Below are positions 12,496 through 22,485 of a stretch of 64,000 nucleotides of DNA, one piece after another. Origin of the DNA: Schizochytrium sp. TIO01. Lineage: Eukaryota > Protista > Bigyra: Labyrinthulomycetes. The stretch covers positions 7,100,483-7,164,482 of the forward strand of contig SMSO01000032.1 in assembly GCA_004764695.1 (NCBI GenBank). Reading direction: 5' to 3'. Within the stretch, counting starts at the first letter, position 1. Each line of letters opens with the position of its first letter. The position numbers and the translations under genes are program-made. Below the pieces are notes generated by a model. The model did no database searches and was not told where the DNA came from. It worked only from the letters and a program-made list of their open reading frames with translations.

Positions 12496-15400
12496 GGCTT
12501 TCTTTCATTGATGTGATCCCCAAGATCTAAGGCTCTTTCATTTACAATCCGCGCAAAACGATGGCTGTGGCTTCCTGCAAGTGCCGTGCATGCGCCGACG
12601 GACGTGGGTTTGGACGCTCGAAATCGGTCGCAGGAGCGAGCGAGCAAGAAGGAACAAAAAAAGAAAGGCGCGGTTTCTTTCTGTGTGTCGTTCGTGGCAA
12701 GGGTCGAGGCGGCTGCTCTCAGAAATCAGAGCGAGCGAGCTAGCTAGCTGTCTCCTTCTTGGCCAACTTCCTAAGGTCTTCACGTTCTTGTGCCACCTTT
12801 TTCGCTACTACAGTCTTCACCTCAAGACAAGTTCTTCCTTTCTCGCACACCAGTGCACACTTTTGCCAGCGAGCGAGGGAAGATGGTGTATCAAGTAGGC
12901 CTCATTCAGGCTAAACTATGGGAGTACTTTGCGTGTCACTTCGGAGAGAGACGCGTCAAGTTTGCTGACAATTATATGTGGATATAGTACTGAGAACGGA
13001 GGACTTGTATTTAGGGAAGGGAAGCAAAGCCGCGAGGGGTGTGCACGGCCTCTCTCACCGCCGCACACGTGCTCCCTCTCTCGCGGGGCGTGCAATTATT
13101 CCTTTTTTTTTGCAGTGGCACTCTCCACCACAGTGGCGCAAGGTTTAAGAGGAGGCGCTGCATCCCACCCCGAACTTTGCCGCATAGGCCCGAAAGAGCA
13201 GGTGCTAGGGTTCGTGGCTTTGAAGGTAAATAGTCTTAGCAAATGCACAGGGAGTTTCCGGCGCCTTCCAAATAATCCTAGGAGGGGCCTTTAGCTTCAA
13301 AACACCCCAGTGGGGACTGGTTGGCCTTCGATAGCCCTCCACTGCAACATGCATGTGAGGAGGGAAAGGCAAAGCTCTGAAGGGTCCGCAACTTTTTTCA
13401 ACTCTAAATTCGTAAGACGGTCCTGGAAGGCGGACCTATACTCTTGCGGCCTTTGGTGGTCTACTTTCTGTGTGCGGCACAGATTCTTTTACACGTTATC
13501 ATTAAAACAAAAGCATTGATGCAGTTCCTACCTAGGTGCCTAGGACGCATTTTTAAACTTTAAAATGTTTTAAGAGGATCTATTTATAGTTTTTTAAATT
13601 AATAAAATTAAATCAAAAATGAAAAGTCTTGAAAAATCTCTTTTCGACAATCCGATAAGTTGGTAGAGGCAACAGTCGATATGGAATAACGATGCTCCAA
13701 TTTAATTCTGAGATCTGAAGATCGAACTTCGCGCGCTTCAAAATGAAGGACAATCACTCTCGTGATCTTGAAGCAAAGAAAGGCCGATGAAATCTGCGGT
13801 CGCGAGGGCTTTTGGGTGGCGGTGCCACAAGCTAGTGTGCTTAACGTGTCAAGCCGCTTGGAGTTCAAGTTGCTTGAAGTCTACGCGTGAATGAAGTTGG
13901 TAACTAACTTTCAAGAAGGATGAAGTTGGCACCGTGGCACGTTCACGCTCCTTCTCTGCCGTTTCATGTCCAAGCTCTAGTCCCAAGCCGTTTCTTCGGC
14001 TCTCCGAGCGGACTCTGCGAAGTAGCAGCAGTCTGAGGAAGGTCCTTGAAGGTCGATGCTCTACGTGGATACTCTCTTCGAAACGAAAGCTCGAACTTTT
14101 TCAAAGAGAGCTTTGAGAACAAAGAGAGCTTTGAGAACGACGGCAATAGGTGTCGCCAATCCTGTTGACTCTGTACTGCGCAGAGGCCTCTATCATCATT
14201 GAGAAAGTCGATCTCACGAATGAAACTTGATCTTGCATTTCTGAGGGATTGGATTCGAAACCCTCTTCACAATGTGACCATGGGCTTCGAGGTAGAACTT
14301 CAAGCTCGCTTTGAGCTTGAGCTTGAGCTTGAGGTCGTGCCGCCGCAAATTTGGAGCGAAGTCTGAGGTGATTGGTTGAGAATCCGCATCTAATTCTTTG
14401 TGGAGGCTGCTCATGGCGCCGCTTAAAGTTGGCTGATAGAAGCACACGCTCGCACGCTCAATCCCTCGTAGCTCGCTCCCTCGCTCGTGCCCACGACGCA
14501 CGCCGAAGTTGGCAGGCAGCAACACAGCCAGGGAGGGAACCCAGCTCCCACTCGCTGCCCGTGCGGAAGGAGCGGAGGATCATGGAATTCAACTTGAACT
14601 TCGCAAGATGAACTCGCACAGAACCCAGAGCAGAACAGAGCACGACCAAAACGTAGGTTGGGTAGGTGCTTAGGTCCTTTCTTATCACTGCGATGTGCGA
14701 ACCTGGATGAGTGTGAGGGATCTGGCAGTGAAGCCTGCAACCATGACTACTCAAGCTTGCTCTCGCCTCCAAGCGCCCGCTCAGTCGAGATTCTCGATCA
14801 AGAGACCACTCCCGTACTGATCTGATTCTGCCTGGTTTTAGTAAACTCAAGTGCTCTCGCATCGACCACTCTCAGATTGCGCAACCCCAAATTCAAAAAC
14901 AAACAGAACGTTCTGATTTTAGGGAAGAACATCGGAAAAACACCAACGTGGCTGATGTGTGGGTGGTTCCTTTTCTTCAGCTAGAAGATAATCAATCTTC
15001 AAGTTGTAATAAGCATCATGGCCATCATGGCCTCTGCCTTTGCTATGGCCTAGGAGGAGGCAACTTGAATATCTCGTCAGTACAGCATATATACCGTTGT
15101 CAAAGAGCAAACAATGAGATTGGGGTTCCTGCCAAAAACACGCCAGGCTAGTGCTAAGTGCTGCAGCCGTGGACGGTGGCTGCTCGCATCGTCCTGAAAT
15201 CCAATAACTTGAAGCGAAGTATGACCTTTGGAAGCAGATGCCACAGAAAAGGTGTTACAATGGAAGGCGACGGCCAATCCCGCTTACTTTCACGGCTCGC
15301 TTGGCAACCAGGGACTCTGTGAGCAAGAGTACCTACCGAAGTAGTGAAAAGGTGAAGAAGTGCTTCTCAATCCACCAGCACTTCTCGACGCCAACGCTGC

Positions 15401-16474
15401 CCCACCAAGGATGAGCTGCAAGCGCAGTATTAGCAGTTATTGGTTTCAGACTCGAAAGTTGTATTATATTGAGACCCAGCAAATCGGCCAACGCCGCCAT
15501 TGACAGCACCTCGAGGTTGAGCGACTTTGTGAATATGGCCTCTATGAAGCCGAGCCTTTTAGCGTCACTTGGGAGCTGGTGTTGTCCTCTCCCTTCAACT
15601 TAGACCTTGCTCCATCCTCTACCTTGTAACCTAAACAGACTTGAGTCCTGGGCCCTGGTCACGCAATAGTAACTAACCACTACGTGAGTTTCATCCCGGC
15701 GATTCATGTTTTGTTTACATAACTTGTCAAAGGACCCATGCATCTTGCCATCGTTAAGTTGTCAATGATGCTAGATCGTTGTCTTGTCACCAGGTGTGCA
15801 TCTCATCACTCTAATAAAGCATTCCTTTCTCTTGATCGCTCTCACTCTAGCTTGTTAAGTCTGGTACCGGCCCTGTGTCGTGTCAGTCCACATCCACTTG
15901 GATTGCGTGCATGGACAAATCCTCTGTACCTGCCATCATCCTTGTGGCCGCCGTACAATGGCAATCTGATTTTCTCGCTATCCCAAAGCCAACTCATATG
16001 TAAATTCATAAACGGTCTATCAAGAGGTCTATCCACTCTATTCGTTTGCAGTGTGCGGCTCTCATGTCCCCCACCCGCGAGTTGCCACTTGACTAACGAA
16101 ATGGACTACTTGCTCGCTCTCCATTAGAAGCACCTTCAATTCAGGCGATGATATTAATATTAGCCTGTGTTGGCACGGGGCTTGCCAAGTGGAGTATAGT
16201 CCGTATAAGTAACTTTATCAGCAGTATATTTCATTTAGAGGCAGGTATAATGTACTTTGGGTACTGGATATTTCACTTGTGGCCAGGGCAGTGAGGCGCT
16301 AGTCGGTCGCGAGCAGACTTGGCGCTGCGACGATTCGCTGCGGCGGTGGAGAAGCAAAGCCACTGCGCCGAGGCGTAGGGCATAGCCTTGGATACATCGT
16401 CACTCATTGGTTGAGCTGTGGAAAGTGCAACGGAGTAGGTGTCGTCGGGCCCGCGTGGGGCGGGAATTAGCTGG

Positions 16475-17151
16475 ATGTGGGGCCGCTCTCACAGCAGCAA
16501 TACCCTGAACACGCCTGACGATTTTGGGGCGCAACACATTCGCCCGGACTCTGTATCCTCATCTCAAGATTGGGGTAATGGAGATGTAGTTTTCGTTGAC
16601 AGCGACGACGATGTTGAGGACCTGGAGGATGCCACCAAATTTGGCGATGATGACGGCAAGCAATTTGCGGATGAAGATCTTCAGCAGGCAGCTCAGCAAG
16701 ACCATGCCTATCTTCATGCGCAACAGCAGCAGGTTATGCAACACTCAGGTATGCCAGGGCAGTTTCAAAATGGTCATTTTCAACACCAACTAATGATGGA
16801 TCAGCAGCGAAGGCTACAGCAGCAACTCCATCTCCAACAGCAACAACAACAGTTCTCTCACCAGCACTTAGATCACTTGCCACGAGCCCCGAGCAACCAG
16901 TTTGCGATGAATATAAATACCACTTACCAGTCTGGCCCGGATAATCACCAGGGTCAGATGAACCCGCCATCTTTAGCTGCAGCCCCTGGAGGACTTCAGT
17001 CCAACCCGGTGCAAGGACATCCAGCTCTACAAACACCGCAGCCACTGCAGCAGCAGCAGCAACAGCCACTGCAGCAGCAACAGCAACAGCCACTGCAGCA
17101 GCAGCAGCAACAGCCACTGCAGCAGCAACAACAACAGCAACAGCAGCAGCC

Positions 17152-17239
<88 letters not shown>

Positions 17240-19864
17240 CTGCAGCAACAACTGCAGCAACAACAGAAGCAACAACAGCAGCTACAGCAAGTTAAACGAG
17301 AAGATAAAACTGCACGTCAAAATCAAGACAAACCGTTAACACAGCCGGTGAGTAACGCAAAATCTAGTATTAGCGTTGATGCTCCTACCTCAGTTTCGTC
17401 AAAATCTGGATCTTTATCTATGTCTTCCTCATCTGCCTTGCCTACAAACCCGCCAAAGGTGAATGGTTCGCAGGTGCAGCCCGACACTATCAAATTTAGT
17501 GCAAAACCTGAGGTCAGGCAGTCGGCGTTCAAAAAGCAAAGTGCATCAGCCGCGTTTACAAACAATCCTACGTCTTCATCTTCGACGTCATTTACATCAA
17601 AGGCCTCTGCTTCTCATGTCTCCTCTTCAGCAGCCCTGGCCTCCAGTGAAGATTCAACAAAGGGTACCAAAATAGACGCAAAACCAGCTAAAGCTAGCAA
17701 ACCTGAGCAGCCCGCAATGCGTAAAGCAGAGGACATTGCCGCAGATGCACTTTGTGGTGCTATTGGCCTCGATGTTCAAGATTTGTCGCAATCTCCTAGT
17801 GCCCCCCTCTCATCTACCCCAACATCTCTGGCAAGTACCCCGGCAAGGCAAGGTCCTTCGAATCCTGGTTTCACTGCAAATATCCCTCACACAATAGATA
17901 CATCAAAAATGTCCTCGGAGCAGGAAATCATCGATCTTCATGGAGCAGTCCAGATGACCGGTACCTGGAACCCAAAAGCTATGAACTGGACTGGAAACTG
18001 GTATCAAACAGATCTTCCAGAGATCGACGCTCCCTTTGAATATAACCCACTTCCTGCCGAAGTTGATGCAGAGATGAATGACATGCCTTGCGAAGTATGC
18101 AAAGGTTCTGATGCCGAAGGCTTCCTCTTTTGCGATCTGTGCGACCGAGGCTTCCACATGTGGTGTTGTGGTGTTAATAAAGAACCCGCTAAAGACGAAG
18201 AGTGGCACTGCAAATCATGCCAAACCCTGCTTGAGCGTTTTAAGGTGCAACTTCCCCCAAGTCGCCGTTGGTCAGGCTGGTTCCGTATGTCTAAGAAGGC
18301 CAAAATGAAAGGTTATCAATACAAGGAAAAGTTCAAAGTACATTTCCACTATGCAGATCGCTCTCCAGATCTTAACCACATTGCCAGATTTGACGGCAAG
18401 GGAACAAACCGCTATGGCACGTTTCGCTTCGTTGGAGATATGACCTATGAAAATGGCAAAATTGTCCTCCGCGCTCGCAAAACATATTACCGTGAACAGG
18501 TGAAGCGGAAAAAGTCACCTACAGGATTGGGCCGCAACCCTCTCAAACTGAAAAAGAATTCCGACTCTCGCTCTGTCTCGCCCGTTGGTCCAGACTCCCC
18601 AGGCTTTCGTTCGCCCACGCATGCTAGCGAGTCACGCACGAATAGTTCGTCAACTCCAGCTCAAGACAACACGGGCAGCAACAACAAGCCGCATCACCTA
18701 AAACGTGCTGAGTCGTCAAGCTCAATTGCTCGCTCTATCCAGGACCAACCTCAGCCCCAACAAAAACGTCGTGCATCTGTGCTGCAAGTTCCTGTAGGGG
18801 CAGACTTCGACAATAGCAGTGCTCTTGGGACCAATGCGGGAAACACTATCGGTGGAAACAGCAGCAACAATCAGAGTAGCAGTAGTATTAGTCTTAGCTC
18901 TTCTCGCCCTGCAAGCAATTCCTTTTTTGTTGATACAAATGATGCTCGCAAGCTCACTTTGGCACTGAAGATTGTTTCTCAAGAGTTAGATCGTGTACGG
19001 GGCCCAAAGACCACACTTGTTGTTACGGATATGGATTGTTCCCTGTTTCTTGGAAACAACGACCGTAATTCCAAGCAGCAATCTACTAATCTTGCACTCC
19101 CTCAGGTTTGGAGCTATGTTTCTAGCCTTTCAGGAAATATGAAGTGGATCTCCGAGGTATCTCGTGGCGGTTTAGAGGTTGTCTTCAAAGTTCACTCTCA
19201 TAAATATCTCACGAAACTCATGCGTAAGGTCAAGCATGATGACGAACTCAACATTGATTTAACAGCAGCCTTGAAAGCTTGCGGTGCTATTTCCACCGCC
19301 ATATCTAGTATTGTTTCTGATGCCAACGAGGTCCCACACTTGCGTCTTCCCTCGCGTAAAGTTCCTATTGCAAGTAATGCTCTTGTTTTAGCCTACCCTG
19401 AGAGTGGTATGACAGGTCGTGCTGGACCCATCTCTGACGCAACGATCTCCTCCGCTGCTTTATCCGAAGCTAGTGTGATCAATTACGTAGCGCATGGAGC
19501 GATTCATGCACGCGACTTGCTGGACAAACGGGTAGCTATCCTTTGTTTTGAGCCAGCGCCAGGAACAGAAGAAATTGTCAAAGATACAGATATTTTCTTT
19601 GCTTCCGTGCACGCTACGAGCCGCATGGAGTGGCTCGAGAAGCTGCGCCCAGCGCTTGAGAAGCTACGCGATTTCCGCCCGTCTGTGCTTATCGTCTCCC
19701 AAGCCTTTGTAGCACCACCAGAGTGCATTCCCGGCATTGTACGCAAGTTGACTCTGGATCTTCTTAGCATCTGTACTCAGCTCATCTCTGTTGTTGAAAA
19801 GGTAGAACCGCATCGTAAGGATCACCTTAAGGCACACGTTGAAGCACTTCAAGCATCAGTTTAG
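16475..19864 (+). CDS. polyQ + PHD finger + degenerate HDAC-fold (pseudo-deacetylase) chromatin protein
   Basis: ORF 16439..19864, first ATG at 16475. PHD C4HC3 at 18089-18220: CEVC...FLFCDLCDRGFHMWC...EWHCKSC. The C-terminal ~285 aa have HDAC-ordered motifs VHSHKYL, ALKACGAISTAI, NALVLAYP, NYVAHGA, RVAILCFE, GTEEI, IFFASVH, LRDFRPSVLIVSQAF. Confidence 0.85.
17039..17290 (+). repeat. coding polyQ tract: four 24-bp QPLQQQQQ units, then (CAG)n, then (CAA)n
   Basis: Read directly from the sequence, inside the PHD gene. Confidence 0.95.
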
Positions 19865-21204
19865 TCTTTCTTTGTTTGCTGCAGTCTCTTATGCATATTT
19901 GGGCTGAGCAGTAGGGTATCACACACCTTAAACAATAGAAAGTTTTTTCCAACTTTACTGCGTCTTTTGACGAAATTAGAATAGAAACTCAACCTCTCAA
20001 TTTTCTTCTACCCAATTTTGCATCTTGATCTATCGATTCCAAACCCTCCTCTTCTAACCTCTTTTGCAATTCTTGTGTTCAATTCATACTAATATGGCTC
20101 ATGTTCTTAGAGATCAACTCCGCAAACGAATGCAGCTCAGCAACTGTGTACCTTTGGTTATGCGAACTACACGTGCAGGCTGATTATCGCCTTCACCATA
20201 ATGTTACCTCTTGCCAGCATTTAGTTTAACGCATCATCATAAATCCTCTTTTGAATATTGATGTTGAAATGAGTAATGAGCAAACCATACTTATACATAT
20301 ATATATATTTTTAAAGGATCACATTTTCGGCTGAACTCTTTGCATGAAAGTCATCTAATAGAAAAGCACAGGTTGCCAGATTACTATATCTAACCTATTA
20401 CTTCACTAGACATTTAGAGATTGAATGACGGAAAACCAAAGCTGATAAGTGTGCTACAACCCAGAAATCAGATAGTCGAGCTATTCAATACAGAATTTCA
20501 CAAACGAAGGTCTTTCATTTGATACAGAATTCTAATAATCTGCAATTTAAGATTTCAATACAAACTGATGGACTTTGGATGTCGAACTTGTTTGTGTGAA
20601 AGTGATTTGTAACTTGACAATATTATGACAAACTCTAAATGTTTGGGAATCCTGAGTTTGAACACTGGTGTTATGATTCTTTCATCGATATATAATGTCT
20701 TAGACTTTTGAAAAGACGCAATCGTTTTCAAAGTAAAGAAATCTACACCAGATTACTTCAATAAATATATTTTCTAGATGATGCCATCGCCGTCAACCGT
20801 TGTGAAGAATACCAAGAATTTTAAGAAATTTGGAAAAAAAAAATAAAAAATTACTGAGGATCGTTTAGATCAAGAAAGGCTTTGCGTAGCATACCACGAT
20901 TGTTTGGCATGGTCAGTCGACCAAAAAATATGCGAATAAACGGAGAGGGGGCACTGATGTGTCAAAAGAACTCACATCAGATGCGGTTTGCGGAAAGGAG
21001 CTGACTACAGCTCGGAAGCGAGACAACTGTATATAGGTACGTTTTCCACTAATCTGCTATAAAAAAGATAGAATCTTCATCTGTCGATGACGATTAAATC
21101 CATTCAAGGGCACGATGCGTTACCAAATTGCCAACACGTGCGGCAATTGTAGTAGAGAAAAGTAGAAAAGATACCAACAAGAAGAAGCCAAAACTGCTGA
21201 GAGT

Positions 21205-22485
21205 CTACTCGTTAGCAGCAGCAGACGAAGAGGGAGCGGGTGGCATGGAAAAACGGTACAGGGTGAATTTAGTCTCCGCGATTTCAGGGAAACGAAGAGG
21301 AAAGCTAGCGGCGGCCTCTGTAAACGGATCCTCCAAATATGCACTAGGAGCTGGGCGAGAATCCGTGGTAAAGCCGACCTTCTTCATTGCAGTCACAAAC
21401 TCCTTAAGACCAGCACGATCATCATCTGCAGAAACGTAAAAAAAGTCACCTCCATCCCGGAGAAGCGAACGCACGACACTAACAAGGGGCGTAACAAGCT
21501 CAAGATCGTAAATCAAATCAGAGCCGATGAGAATGTCGGTCTGGCTCAGGAGGTCTTCGGGCCAGGTTGCCTCATCCTTCCAATCCAACGCGTGAGCTGT
21601 GAGCTCCGCACCTTCACGGCGACCCTCGTGCAGGCCAACGTTGTGTTCGGTATTGGGGAAGGTTGGCGAATCAAGGTCCGAAATAACAACACGTTGGGCA
21701 TCCGTGCACCGATAGGCCACGACACCAGGGAGGCCACATCCAGCGCCAAGTTCACAAACCACCTTTCCTGCAAAGAAGTCCTTTTCGTCAATGATCCACT
21801 TGCCAAGCGCGAGAGAAGCGGCCCAAAGAAATGCACCAGTGGTCTTGAGGTCGTCCGTATTACGCGAAGTATCAAGGAGGCCAACCTCTCGAATCTCCAA
21901 AGAATTGCCTCCAAATTCACAGACGCTCTGCGAAGTTTGGAGCTGTACACCTTGGTCCTCTGAAGCTCCGTCTTGACCTTCGCCTTCTTCTTCCTGGCCA
22001 TCCTCGGTAGTTCCATTCTTCTTGCTCTGCTGCTCGAGTTTCTTGGCACTTGGGTGGTTGAGCACAGCCTCCACGATGGTTGCGTTCTCGCTGTCAATGG
22101 CAAGAGTGACGCTAGACTTTTTGTTATCGTTTTGCTCCAGAACATCAATCTCAGGAACATCACGAATCAGCGCCAGAACTGCGCCCTCCTGCTTGTTCTC
22201 GAGTGCCCAATGCAAGGGCGTATTTCCAGCACGGTTCCTGGAAAATTTAGCCTTCTTCTCCTTGACCAGAAACTCGATGATTCGCACGTGTCCATTCGCT
22301 GCCGCCATGTGCAAGGCTGAGTTCTGGTCTCCATCCACAAGGTCTGCACTCAAGTCGGGCACCATTTCCCACAGAAGGTGAAGGTCCTCAAGCTCGTCGT
22401 ACCGAGCGCACTCCAGAACATCATTGGTGGCGGCGGCTTGGTCCTCCGCCGAAAGCTCTGTAAACTTGCGACCCATCGCTGCCAT
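21205..22485 (-). CDS. Yar1-like ankyrin repeats fused to a Methyltransf_16 (METTL21/EEF2KMT-type) protein methyltransferase
   Basis: Ankyrin part: ECARYDELEDL...NSALHMAAANGHVRIIEFL...NRAGNTPLHWALEN. Methyltransferase part: TTGAFLWAASLAL, motif I VCELGAGCGLPG, post-I VVISD, LDW, motif II DILIGSDLIYD (DxxY). Confidence 0.9.
   Translation of the reverse strand: MAAMGRKFTELSAEDQAAATNDVLECARYDELEDLHLLWEMVPDLSADLVDGDQNSALHMAAANGHVRIIEFLVKEKKAKFSRNRAGNTPLHWALENKQEGAVLALIRDVPEIDVLEQNDNKKSSVTLAIDSENATIVEAVLNHPSAKKLEQQSKKNGTTEDGQEEEGEGQDGASEDQGVQLQTSQSVCEFGGNSLEIREVGLLDTSRNTDDLKTTGAFLWAASLALGKWIIDEKDFFAGKVVCELGAGCGLPGVVAYRCTDAQRVVISDLDSPTFPNTEHNVGLHEGRREGAELTAHALDWKDEATWPEDLLSQTDILIGSDLIYDLELVTPLVSVVRSLLRDGGDFFYVSADDDRAGLKEFVTAMKKVGFTTDSRPAPSAYLEDPFTEAAASFPLRFPEIAETKFTLYRFSMPPAPSSSAAANE

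Noticed and set aside
14240-14272. GGTTTCGAATCC (minus strand), resembling a tRNA T-loop / B-box
   Set aside because: Flanks do not form a T-stem or cloverleaf, and no A-box or acceptor stem is visible.
17027-17275. poly-Leu minus-strand ORFs here and at 41289..41540
   Set aside because: Antisense of the CAG/CAA and GAGCAG coding repeats.
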